A stretch of DNA of 64,000 bases from Trypanosoma brucei (Eukaryota), in the NCBI GenBank assembly GCA_000002445.1, contig CM000208.1, positions 2,400,001 to 2,464,000 of the forward strand. Reading direction: 5' to 3'. Below the pieces are notes generated by a model. The model saw nothing but the letters and a program-made list of their open reading frames with translations. It had not been told where the DNA came from and did not search any database. Positions 21,425-31,392 of the stretch are shown one piece after another. Made by a program: the position numbers and the translations under genes. The number at the start of each line of letters is the position of its first letter. Position 1 is the first letter of the stretch.

Positions 21425-24400
21425 ATGATGGCCAACAAGCGGTTGGGCCGACACGCCTCGTCGCTTCTCTCTCCTTACACGATGGTCCCAACGCCTATTG
21501 CGGCAACAGGGTCTTCATGTCTTTCACAGAGAACATCAGTGCCCTGCTCCCGCGCGGCACTCTTACAGGCCAAATGCTTTTCTTCTGAGAGACTCGCACG
21601 CCTGTTCGCGTTGGAGCTCAACAGAGCTCGAGCCGAGTACCGTCGCACTCCCACAAAGGCTCAGCAAGAGGCCTGCTTACGTACCATTGCAAGCGTGCCC
21701 CTTCAGCAGGTTCGTGGTCTTGATGGCAAGACGGTGGCACAGTGCTTAACCACCCTCGTGACGCTTGACGCACCAGCCGATATGCCAATTATTCATGATT
21801 GTGCGGTTTGGATTTCCGTACACCCTGACGCGTTGTCACCCCATTCACTCGCACAGTCACTTTACTCACTTGTGTGTCTAGAATACAGTGACTCGGCAAG
21901 TGTTGTGTGCGCTGTAAGGCAACAGCTGTTGAGTGCTATGGAGGATATGGCTGCCAGCAGCATTTGCATGGTGCTTGCTGCGGTGCTAACATCGTATGCC
22001 ACTCCAGCGCGGGGACAACTGGCAGCCGGCGCTGGGAAAGGGAGCGAAGAGGGAGTCAGCGGCACGTTACAACTCCCCATGGATATGTCTCAACTTGCAG
22101 AACGTGCACTGCCGTTCATGGACGAAAGCCTGGGCTTGACTGAGAAGGCGATGGTTGCTGTGGCACTTGGGAAGTACCTTTCTCAGACAGCTACAGCAAC
22201 CTGGACGGAGGGGCTTATTGCTGACCGTATAATGGCTCAGTTATCAGCGGTTGTATGGGGTTGTATCCCTGGTGCTGAACTCTCTGTTCTATCGATGGCT
22301 GATATTGTTGGTATCGTTTCTGTCTTGCATGTCGTGCCGTTACCAATCCGTGATTCAGTTGCAACTGCAGCTCTACAGGAACTGAAGACTCGTGTGTGTA
22401 ATCAGTCACTAGAGTCGTCACGAAGCGTTGTGCAAGTGGCCCGCGTCCTCAGTTGCCTCTGTAATGTTAATAGAGAGAGTGTGTACTACAGTGCCTCGCA
22501 GGATGTCTTGGAGAAGGTGGTTTCTGCACTAGAAGCATATGTTGCTAGTGATGCCATTACACTAGATGCCGCGGCGAAACTTCTGGAGGAGTTTTCCAAA
22601 ATCACCGGAAGTTCGATTGCAACGCCCCCTGCATTAACAAGGTACCTAGTACGCGCAATCAATGGCTCTAAGGAGAAATGGGATGCACAGTCGGTTCGTA
22701 CTGTTCTCAGTGTCTTTAGCAAAGATAGTAGTTTACAGGCAGATGCGCAAGCCCTTGCGACACGTCGTGTGGAGCTCATCAAATCGAAATGTACCGCAGG
22801 AGCGTCAGTGGACGCAAGCGATGTTGCTGCTTTGCTAGTGGAGGGTATTGTCGATCCGCATGCAGAGTTGCTTGCAGAGACAGTTACAAATAATATCAGC
22901 CGATGGAGTGTATCACAAGTTATGACATTCCTCCAGGCAGCTGCGCGTGTCAACGGTAAACCTACAAATGCTATTATGCGTGATGTGGCGTCGAAGCTGG
23001 TACCATGCATGGAAAAGGCCACAGCAGCGCAAGTTGCGGCAGTAATGTCATCTTACGGCCGTGCCCGTGTGAGGAATGATGCTTTCTGTGCTGCGGTCAC
23101 CAGTCGCGCTGCTCTATTAGGCCCAGAGCTGACCCTACAGCAAATAAGCACGATACTGGGAGGTCTTGCTGCCGTCGAGTATCGTGATACGAAGCTGTTT
23201 CTTGATGTGGCACCCACAGTTATCGCTCAATCTGCTACAGCTGACGCGACACAAACTGCCAATTTGTTAGCAGCATATGCCAAGATGCTTGTATGGAACT
23301 TCAAAGTGATTTGGTCACTCGCTGAGCGCGCATCGGTTATCCACGAACAGTTCACGTTAACACAGGTGTTTGCTGTGGTGACATCACTTAATCGCATGGA
23401 CGTACAGCACGACGTTTTGGTGCAAGCGTTGCTTCGGAAGGCGATCCGATGCGCCTCGGACGATCCCAACTTACCGCTTCCCGATGTGGTTATGATACTG
23501 AGTGCTTTCTCTCGCAGCGGTGTATGGGATGCTACCCTTTTCGCGGACCTAGGAAAGCGTGTGGTGCAGCAACAACAATCTCTAACACCGGAAGAGCTGG
23601 CAGAAACTTTGATGGCCTTTGCACGTGTCGGTCTCACCCAGTATAACATCTTTGACGAGCTGACACTTCGTGCTCTTGCCGTGGCCCCTACATGCTCACT
23701 TATGGCACTGGCGAACGTGTCAGTGGCGTACGCCACTATTGGGTGCAAGCATGAGGAGCTTTTTTCGATTATTGCAGATCGCTTCGTGAATCAAAAACTC
23801 GACGTTCCGGCTGTGACAATTGCCTCGGTTCTAAGCGCCTTCGCAGCGATTGGCATTCGGAACGATCGGCTCTTCATTGAGGCCATTCCACGCGTGCGCC
23901 ATGTCGGGCAATACGGGACGCCGAAGGATATAACAAATGTGGTGTACGCATATTCTCAAGTTGGCCTATGGCACTACAAATTGTTTGTAAGGCTTGCTGA
24001 CCGAGCGGTCCAGCTCCGTGGCGAGTTCCGTTGCGACCAGCTTGCGCGGCTGTTGGAGGCTTATGCCCGTGTTGACATGAGGTATGAAAAACTCTTTGTG
24101 GAATTCTCTCCACGTGTTCAAACAGTGGCCCATCTTCTTACAGCGGGCGAGATATCGACAGTTGTGAACGCCTACGCAAAGGTGCGTGTACTTGACACTG
24201 CAGTGTTTAAGGCTTGCGTTGACCGAGCGCAGGAGGTACTGAACTCATTCGAGCAGAGTGAAGCCGCACTGTTGGTGGGCGCGCTGCGAAAAGCAAAGTT
24301 CGATCATGAGGGTCTCGCAGTATCACTGGGAAAGATGTTCCCCGGTATGATGGCTTCACTCCAGCAAGTGGAGGACGAAGAAAGGGAAGTGGGCACAACT

Positions 24401-24499
24401 CCGGCGGGCGGCAACGAGGGTGACGAAACAATTTTGGTAAACTCGAACGATTTGGGGTCATCAGTGGTTGAGGCAGCCGATGGGGGAGCATCAGCGTGA
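21425..24499 (+). CDS. Large alpha-helical repeat protein (HPR/FASTK/OPR-like degenerate ~38-aa repeats) with mitochondrial-type presequence; putative organellar RNA-binding protein
   Basis: 1024 aa. The N-terminus is R/S-rich and amphipathic (MMANKRLGRHASSLL..). It has at least 7 repeats ending A[FY][AS]+xGxxxxxLFxxxxxR: AFSRSGVWDATLFADLGKRV, AFARVGLTQYNIFDELTLRA, AYATIGCKHEELFSIIADRF, AFAAIGIRNDRLFIEAIPRV, AYSQVGLWHYKLFVRLADRAV, AYARVDMRYEKLFVEFSPRV, AYAKVRVLDTAVFKACVDRA. Confidence 0.65.
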   Translation: MMANKRLGRHASSLLSPYTMVPTPIAATGSSCLSQRTSVPCSRAALLQAKCFSSERLARLFALELNRARAEYRRTPTKAQQEACLRTIASVPLQQVRGLDGKTVAQCLTTLVTLDAPADMPIIHDCAVWISVHPDALSPHSLAQSLYSLVCLEYSDSASVVCAVRQQLLSAMEDMAASSICMVLAAVLTSYATPARGQLAAGAGKGSEEGVSGTLQLPMDMSQLAERALPFMDESLGLTEKAMVAVALGKYLSQTATATWTEGLIADRIMAQLSAVVWGCIPGAELSVLSMADIVGIVSVLHVVPLPIRDSVATAALQELKTRVCNQSLESSRSVVQVARVLSCLCNVNRESVYYSASQDVLEKVVSALEAYVASDAITLDAAAKLLEEFSKITGSSIATPPALTRYLVRAINGSKEKWDAQSVRTVLSVFSKDSSLQADAQALATRRVELIKSKCTAGASVDASDVAALLVEGIVDPHAELLAETVTNNISRWSVSQVMTFLQAAARVNGKPTNAIMRDVASKLVPCMEKATAAQVAAVMSSYGRARVRNDAFCAAVTSRAALLGPELTLQQISTILGGLAAVEYRDTKLFLDVAPTVIAQSATADATQTANLLAAYAKMLVWNFKVIWSLAERASVIHEQFTLTQVFAVVTSLNRMDVQHDVLVQALLRKAIRCASDDPNLPLPDVVMILSAFSRSGVWDATLFADLGKRVVQQQQSLTPEELAETLMAFARVGLTQYNIFDELTLRALAVAPTCSLMALANVSVAYATIGCKHEELFSIIADRFVNQKLDVPAVTIASVLSAFAAIGIRNDRLFIEAIPRVRHVGQYGTPKDITNVVYAYSQVGLWHYKLFVRLADRAVQLRGEFRCDQLARLLEAYARVDMRYEKLFVEFSPRVQTVAHLLTAGEISTVVNAYAKVRVLDTAVFKACVDRAQEVLNSFEQSEAALLVGALRKAKFDHEGLAVSLGKMFPGMMASLQQVEDEEREVGTTPAGGNEGDETILVNSNDLGSSVVEAADGGASA

Positions 24500-25065
24500 A
24501 AATCTTCAAATGAGTAAGATGAAAAATAGGGAAACATATTGCTTTCTATTTGGATGCAATATCCAACGCCCTTTTGCATACACACCGACTTTTCATCGTC
24601 GTTATACCTACAGGAACTCCTTTCACCTCCCCCATGAGCAAATGGTTCCGTGTTTGTTGCAAGAACTTTACTTATAAGATGTAAGTGTTGTAACTAGTGG
24701 TGTTCTTTATGTTGTTGTTCGCGGACCACATGGCGGATGAAGCTGTCTAAATTGCCCAACTACGGGGGAGTTGAATTGAAAGGTTCTAACTAACTCCGGT
24801 GCCGAAATCGGCTCACCCAGCACATATGCATGTGTGCATATTGCTGCTTGTCTTACCTTTTTTTATGTGCGTGGGTTTTCTCTTCGCGACCATTTGTTCG
24901 GCATTTCTGCGCGGCCCATCGTGCGGCAGACGTTTACCCATTCTGGTACGCACTTTACTTTTTTCAACATCGGTTTCACCTTTGTTCAAGGTTTTTTCTA
25001 CGCTTTCCGAAACTCTTTTTACCTGTATTCCAGGGCCGAAGCTTATCCAGATAATAAATAGGGCG

Positions 25066-26091
25066 ATGAGCTCAAGGAACTGCAGCCTTTCGCAAGGTAG
25101 GTTACTCTCCCGGCAGAAGCGCCCACTAGTTGTGGCACAGTTTCTCAACAAAGTTCCAATAGAAGACCGTCATGCGGCTACAAATGCGCTGCTTTGCCTG
25201 GGACTCCGCGCATACAAGATGGTCCACGCCACCACCCCTCCAGATATGCAAACACTACGGTCTGCGGTTTCTGCGGAGATCTCCGCGGTAGCCAGCGGAT
25301 CTGAGGGCTTAAATGACCAAAAGATAGATGAAGGTACAGCAAGCGGGCGCCAGCGGGGGGCTGTAGATGACGTTGATGCGTTTCTGTTTGCACGCCGCGA
25401 ACGCGGACAGGCGCCTTCATCCTCGCCCCCTGTGGATAGGCGTTTGGAGGGAAATACGGAAGAGGAGGAGTTTTACACGCGTATCGAGAGTGTAAGAAAT
25501 GTTGGCGAACCCTCATACCACGATAGAATGCCCCAGTTGATGGAGGATGTTGATGTATATTCTTCAAGTAAGAGCGGTGCGGACACCAGGGCGCTGAATC
25601 GATTGGCTGGCGACGGAGGTGAAAGCGACAGAGCTGCGGGCAAATCGGGGTGCTTCACTGATGTGCTTGATTTTGTTACGAACTGTGCCGTAGGAAGTTT
25701 GTCATTGTGCACTCCGACGCGCTGTCGAGAAGCAGCGAATGTCAGCTCCTCCCCACCCGCTAACTGTTACAACGCTCCAGGTTCCGAACAACCCAACATG
25801 GGACACGCTTCACCACTACGTGCGAGTGGAAGCCAAGACCTCCCTCTCGGTGGAATGAAAGAGTTTAACATGAACACAGTGGTGCCGTTGCTGGACGATA
25901 ATGGTGTTGTTTATCCTGTTGAATTCATTCACCATCTAATGGCCCGCATCAAAAGCACACGCGGCGTGCGGGAAAACCCCATTCTTGTTGCGGCCTACAT
26001 GCCACAGTCGTTGGCTGTCTACACATTGCAGGGAAGCTTTGGGGATCTTTACAGAAGCCTTTTGGTTTCCTACCATGTTTCCATGTGGTGA
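25066..26091 (+). CDS. Hypothetical protein (low complexity)
   Basis: The ORF 24799..26091 has a hydrophobic, pyrimidine-encoded 5' part that looks like UTR/polyY read-through, so I start at ATG 25066 (MSSRNCSL). About 341 aa, no domain recognised. Weak. Confidence 0.4.
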   Translation: MSSRNCSLSQGRLLSRQKRPLVVAQFLNKVPIEDRHAATNALLCLGLRAYKMVHATTPPDMQTLRSAVSAEISAVASGSEGLNDQKIDEGTASGRQRGAVDDVDAFLFARRERGQAPSSSPPVDRRLEGNTEEEEFYTRIESVRNVGEPSYHDRMPQLMEDVDVYSSSKSGADTRALNRLAGDGGESDRAAGKSGCFTDVLDFVTNCAVGSLSLCTPTRCREAANVSSSPPANCYNAPGSEQPNMGHASPLRASGSQDLPLGGMKEFNMNTVVPLLDDNGVVYPVEFIHHLMARIKSTRGVRENPILVAAYMPQSLAVYTLQGSFGDLYRSLLVSYHVSMW

Positions 26092-26356
26092 GAACGAGAT
26101 GTTCCTTAGTCTAGTCGGGGATGCGCTCCAATTTCCTCATGTATTGTTTCGGATGTTTTTTGCTCAAAGGATGCTGTTTCCACTTGCATGTCCCCCACCT
26201 AAGTCCGTTATAAAGTTTTGTGTTTTTCTCACAGTTCATCGTTTCTTTTCTACCCCTTCAACATTGATAACAAAAGTGTGCTCGGCTGTTCGCATTATCA
26301 GTGGCGGCGAGGGAGGTGCAGAGAACGGAGACTACTTCCGTAAGTCTTTGAATATA

Positions 26357-26962
26357 ATGACTGACGCCAGTAAAACAACCAAATCTGTTGAGAACGCTAA
26401 TATCCCCACGTTGACATTTGTCACGGGGAATGCCGGTAAGCTTCGCGAGGTGCAGGCCTGCCTTGGCGGCTACGTCACGACCGAATCGGTGAAATTGGAC
26501 CTTCCAGAAATACAGGCCTCATCGGTTTCACGAGTGAGTCGAGAGAAGGCTCTCCTTGCGTACGAACGGCTAAAGAAGCCGGTGCTCGTAGAGGACACTG
26601 GGCTGTCTTTTGAGGCTCTGGGAGGAATGCCCGGTCCATATGTCCGTTGGTTCCTCGACGCTGTTGGACCTATTGGACTCGCCAAAATGCTCAACGGCTT
26701 CGAGTCCCGCAGCGCTCAGGTGGACTGCGTCTTCACCTACTGCGCCTCACCGGGAGAAGTGCTTCAGTTCATCGGGAGCAGTCGCGGCAGTATTTCAATG
26801 GTACCACGTGGCGAAGGTGGTTTTGGGTTCGACACCATTTTTATGCCAGACGATGGCAATGGGCAAACATTTGCAGAGATGTCGGCAAGCACAAAAAACA
26901 CAATATCACATCGGGCCAGAGCACTGGTGGAAGTAAGGAAGCATTTTGAAAATAGCAAATAG
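26357..26962 (+). CDS. ITPA: Inosine triphosphate pyrophosphatase (HAM1/ITPase, non-canonical NTP pyrophosphatase)
   Basis: TLTFVTGNAGKLREV..LPEIQ..KALLAYERLKKPVLVEDTGLSFEALGGMPGPYVRWF.......GFGFDTIFMPDDGNGQTFAEMS...KNTISHRARAL are the Ham1 family signatures. The ORF frame opens at 25985, but the first sensible ATG is 26357 (MTDASKTT). Confidence 0.85.
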   Translation: MTDASKTTKSVENANIPTLTFVTGNAGKLREVQACLGGYVTTESVKLDLPEIQASSVSRVSREKALLAYERLKKPVLVEDTGLSFEALGGMPGPYVRWFLDAVGPIGLAKMLNGFESRSAQVDCVFTYCASPGEVLQFIGSSRGSISMVPRGEGGFGFDTIFMPDDGNGQTFAEMSASTKNTISHRARALVEVRKHFENSK

Positions 26963-27754
26963 GGTGCTGTTGTTGGTGTGGTGATCGACATGGGAAACGA
27001 CACACTGAGGGAAGTTGATGCGGTTGTGGTATCGTTGCGCCTCGTATGTGTGACTTTGGTGCGGACTCATTGGTTCTACAGTCGGCCACGATCATACCAG
27101 GACTCCATGGTTCGATTTGAGTTTGGTGGAAAAGTGTACTGCTCCCCGTCATTTGAGGGGCAGTGAAAAGCAGGGAATGGGATGTTCACCCGTAGAAAAG
27201 ACAAATGCGGAAACTGCAGCTTTAAACAAGATTCTGAGGTTCTTTAAGTTTTTTTTTGTGTGTGTGCACGACAGCGTCATGCAAGGAAGCGATGACTCCA
27301 ATCGACTTCACACGCGTGCACCGTGTTGCGTCGGAAGCAAGCCACACAGCTACTCTTACCCTCCGTCGATAGGCCGTGTCCGAGGCATGTGGGAAGGTTA
27401 CCGCACGTTGGATTGTTGATATGATCTTGTGGTTTGGTGCTCGTACTTATTGGAGTGGAGCACTTCTCGCGGCTGCGGCAACGGATTGCTCCTCATACAA
27501 CCCATCTAACTGACTCTCTTTTACCTATCGCACATTTTCCCACATGTATACCTTAACTTCATCTCCTGTCCTTAGGATCAACTAAAGGGGGAACTAAAAA
27601 AGGAGTGCAAAGAAACTTCCCGGGTGTATCGCGGAAGAAAACAAGGCGAAAAGCAAGTGAAGTATTGTTGGAAAGATCATACCCACACGTTCCTGTAGTA
27701 GGTAACCATCTGACATTTTGGAATTGCAATTTTTCCCATTCCTCGGCCGATATA

Positions 27755-28978
27755 ATGCAACGCTGCACACCAGTTTTGCTTTTGCTGCTGTGCTCTCTCT
27801 TAACCCTTCCCAATGATACGGTTGCACGGCCCAAGATGAGTCGAAGAGAACTGAGAAGATATCTCCCTCGGGAACCACCAGCAGAGCCCTCATTTCATCA
27901 CCTTCGAAGCGTAGTCTTGCTTCAACGCACCGGAAGTGAGAAGGATTCAGTATCAGAGTGTAATGGAGAAACTCCATTTCCCACGGGAGAACCGGTTTTG
28001 GTCAACACAACACTGGCCGACGGCACCAAACGTCGGTTCGTCATCTACGTTCCTAGTTCATATGCCGAGCGGAAAGAAAAGGTTAGCCTGAAACTTCTAT
28101 TTCATGGCCTTGCGGGTGATTGTGCCACCTTTCTTAACACTACAGGTTTCATTCCGCATGCAGAAAAGGATGGCTACATCTTAGCGAGTGCTTGTGGAAC
28201 TTCCAGTTTGATGGGTGCTGGATGGAACGCCGGTGAGTGTTGCCTTTTCTTTAATGGCGCCGCCCCTAATGACACTGAGTTCGCGAAACACATCATCGAT
28301 GTTGTATCATCCAAGGCGTGCGTGGACCGGAATAAGATAATGTCGGTCGGTTACAGCAATGGGGCAATGCTGTCCGAATTGCTTGCTTGTCAGAACCCTC
28401 CTATTGTGCGAGCCGTCGCTTCTGTTGCCGGCACTCTGGCAATGTCTCCGGGTGGCGAAGGCGGTATCGCAGCGTGTGCAAAGATGTTGCGGGGTGGTGA
28501 AAGCGGCTGCAGGACTAGCATATTGAAGATTAATGGCATGCGCGATGGGTACGTCCCATTTCGTGGGAGTTCTTTTCTCAATTTACCGGCCATTTCTGAA
28601 AATGTCAAGGGTTGGGTCAGTGCCAACGGCTGCCGCGGACGCGGAGTCACAACAATTAGCAATAGCAAGTTTCGGAACAAGGTGTACAATGATTGCAGTA
28701 GCGAAAACGGTGTGCTTTATCGGTTCTGGTGCTTCATACACCGACTGGCACATTTTCCTACTGGATTAGGGAGCAAAAAGAGTACCGATGTGAATACTAG
28801 TGATGCCAATGAAAAAGATGCAACTGGTGAAGATGCTCCAGCAACCGAGACTTGTAAAAAAACTGTTGTCGAGTCGGTTTATGCGTTGGAGGGTACTCAC
28901 GAGTGGCCCAATAAAGAAAATTTCTCGGCAACGGCCTATATATATGAATTCGGAAAGCGTGTACTCGGCAGTTATTGA
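27755..28978 (+). CDS. Secreted esterase, bacterial PHB-depolymerase/LpqC-type alpha/beta hydrolase
   Basis: Start at ATG 27755 gives a signal peptide (MQRCTPVLLLLLCSLLTLPNDTVA). The family core is LKLLFHGLAGDCATF....GFIPHAEKDGYILASACG...AGWNAGECC....ID......NKIMSVGYSNGAMLSELLACQ, with the GxSxG nucleophile motif GYSNG. Confidence 0.7.
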   Translation: MQRCTPVLLLLLCSLLTLPNDTVARPKMSRRELRRYLPREPPAEPSFHHLRSVVLLQRTGSEKDSVSECNGETPFPTGEPVLVNTTLADGTKRRFVIYVPSSYAERKEKVSLKLLFHGLAGDCATFLNTTGFIPHAEKDGYILASACGTSSLMGAGWNAGECCLFFNGAAPNDTEFAKHIIDVVSSKACVDRNKIMSVGYSNGAMLSELLACQNPPIVRAVASVAGTLAMSPGGEGGIAACAKMLRGGESGCRTSILKINGMRDGYVPFRGSSFLNLPAISENVKGWVSANGCRGRGVTTISNSKFRNKVYNDCSSENGVLYRFWCFIHRLAHFPTGLGSKKSTDVNTSDANEKDATGEDAPATETCKKTVVESVYALEGTHEWPNKENFSATAYIYEFGKRVLGSY

Positions 28979-29111
28979 GATGCTGCTTGTGTTAGTGGAA
29001 AAGTTCGAACGTAAAACCCACCGTTTTATCCGTCTTCTTCCTTTTATTTTAAATTCGAATTGAACTAGAAGGAAGGAGCTCAAGAAAGAAAAATGGTAAT
29101 TTGTTATAGTT

Positions 29112-29134
29112 TGTGTTTGTGTGTGTGTGTGTGT
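29112..29134. repeat. (TG)n microsatellite
   Basis: tgtgtttgtgtgtgtgtgtgtgt is directly visible. Confidence 0.9.
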
Positions 29135-30094
29135 TTATTCTCATGTTAATGTTCATTCTTGTTTTAACCTGTTAACAACAACTGTAATTAGTACTGTTGT
29201 GACAAGTATTTTATTATTTTTTTTCGGTGTGGCGGTAGCGAGAATAACAAATTTTCCTCTCCCTTTCCTCCCTCAGTTTGTCCCCCTTTTTTTAATTTCA
29301 CCCGTTAAGTTAGACGTAGCAAATGTGTAGGGCATGTTGTAAAATCATTATTATACGAGCGGGTTTTAAGACATGTGGTCGTTGTATTAACCTACGGTTT
29401 CGTTCCCTTGATTGAGAATGAAGCTGTAGAGATGGGAGTTAATGTTAATGAAAACGTCAGAACGGGAGTAACCTCACGGTAACACAAATCACGTTGCGAG
29501 TGGGCTGCCGGAAAGAAAAAAGGAAAAGTATAAAATAAAACAATACAAAACGAAAAAAAGAAACGGGGATGGGAGCTGAGGAAACGCGCTAATCTTCCTT
29601 CCTGCCTGCGGGAGGGGTGTTGGTAATCATGATGATAATAGTAATAACCGTGAAGATTGTAATGGTAGAGCTTGGGGACGCGTAACGAGCGGTATTGGTT
29701 TCCCCTTTTGTTGTTTTTGTTATTACTACTTATTTGTTGGAGTACCTACCGTGGTTGTGTTTTTTTTTGTTATTTCTTCGGTTGTGTTTTCTCCACTTAG
29801 GTCGCTTCTTTACTTCGCGTGCCAAGGAACAACTGAGAGACTTGCCACCACTTTCGCCACGAGTGAATATGGTGTTCATGATCGAATGAAGGGAAGCATG
29901 TGAGATTGTAAGGAAGCGATCAAAGCAAACGTGGGGTAATCTTATCTGTTTTCATTAACCGCGCTATTATAAATATGAAGTTCATTTTTCTTTAAATATC
30001 TGCGATCGCTAATGCTAAACATCATATTATCACTGCTGTTATTATTTTATTCAAAGTGAGCTGACGGCACTAGCGGTGGCAGTAGGAGGGAAAC

Positions 30095-30775
30095 ATGCCA
30101 AAATCGAAGCGAGCTACGATTGTCCCACTTACGAAGACGCGTTCGAAAACGCGTGAGGAGAAGGATGAACTTATCAACAAAATTCGCGATGCACTCGACG
30201 ACTACACGGATGTTTATACATTCGAGCTCTCTAACATTCGCACGAACATCCTCCAGCAAATACGCGAGGAAAGGCGCAATGACAGCCGCCTCTTTCTCGG
30301 AAACAACAAGCTCCTTATGATCGCTCTTGGCCGAGACGACTCCAGTTCGCAGAGACCTAACCTACATAAGCTCAGTAAGTACCTTACCGGTTCATGCGGA
30401 CTGCTCTTTACCAACCTCCCTCATCAAGATGTGAAGGAGTACTTCAAGGGTGTCAGTGCGGACGTGTTTGCTCGGACTGGGCAAGTTGCAACTTGTCCCT
30501 TGCTTTTGCGTACGGGGCCTCTCGCACAGTTTCCACACAGCATGTTTGATCACCTCTCACGTCTCGGGCTTCCCATCAAACTGGACAAGGGGGTCATTGT
30601 TCTGCTGCGCGACACGACAGTGTGTGAAGTGGGCGACACTCTTACGGCGGAGGCTGCTCAACTTTTGAAGTTGTTTGGCATTCAGTCAGCGGAGTTTAAA
30701 CTAGAGCTAACAGCCCATTGGGCGAAGGGTGTCGTCAAACGAATGTCAAAGAAAAAGAAGGAGGAAGAAAATTAA
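30095..30775 (+). CDS. MRT4: mRNA turnover protein 4 homolog (MRT4, uL10/P0-like pre-60S assembly factor)
   Basis: 226 aa. MPKSKRA..V.LTKT..K.RE.K..L...IR...D.Y..VY.F...N.R....++IR and LFLGNNKLMxxALG are the conserved Mrt4 N-terminus with ribosomal L10 fold. The tail is K/E-rich. Confidence 0.85.
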   Translation: MPKSKRATIVPLTKTRSKTREEKDELINKIRDALDDYTDVYTFELSNIRTNILQQIREERRNDSRLFLGNNKLLMIALGRDDSSSQRPNLHKLSKYLTGSCGLLFTNLPHQDVKEYFKGVSADVFARTGQVATCPLLLRTGPLAQFPHSMFDHLSRLGLPIKLDKGVIVLLRDTTVCEVGDTLTAEAAQLLKLFGIQSAEFKLELTAHWAKGVVKRMSKKKKEEEN

Positions 30776-31392
30776 AGAGTGTCAGTGGGTGCAGCTACAA
30801 GAACAGGCAAAGAAAAATGGGTTCGCACAGTAGGGGTCTGAGAGCAGCGAGGAAACAGGGGAACAGCGGGGAATGCTGCGCGTCATTCTTGGGGTGAGGT
30901 TCGGTCCTGGGAATTGCCGGTTTTCACTACCTGTTGTCTTTAAAACTATAACGAGTAAATTAGTAAAGAGAAAACGAAAGGGGGTAAGAAAGACCACCAC
31001 CCTGTTCTTCTTAAACTCCGCTTTCGCAGCGCCATAAACCCCAGTAATATCAACTCTTTCATCATTCACATTTCTTATTATTGTGTATATGCTCACCTTA
31101 CACGTGAGAAGAACCGTAGGATATAAAAACCCGGCCAAACAGGTAACAAGGAAAGAGCTGTTTCGTCAAGATAGTACGGGTCGACGTTTTGTAAATTTGG
31201 AGTCCCATTCTCTGTGTTAGGATCAGAGGAAGCGACAAGCACATAACAACGGCAGACCCTCGATAAGACTAAACGTTAACTTCTCCGTCTCTGTTCTTAC
31301 GCAACCACGACGCCATCGACGACGTGGCCTCAGCGGTTGGGAGCATCATATACACCAAACGTAACGCCGGAGCGTGAGGTTTGGAAGATATC

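Noticed and set aside
27095-27125. GGTTCGATT (T-loop-like) motif that might indicate a tRNA; a similar GGGTTCGAAT sits at 16417 inside a CDS
   Set aside because: The flanks do not form acceptor or T stems and no D-loop or anticodon arm is present. A chance occurrence.
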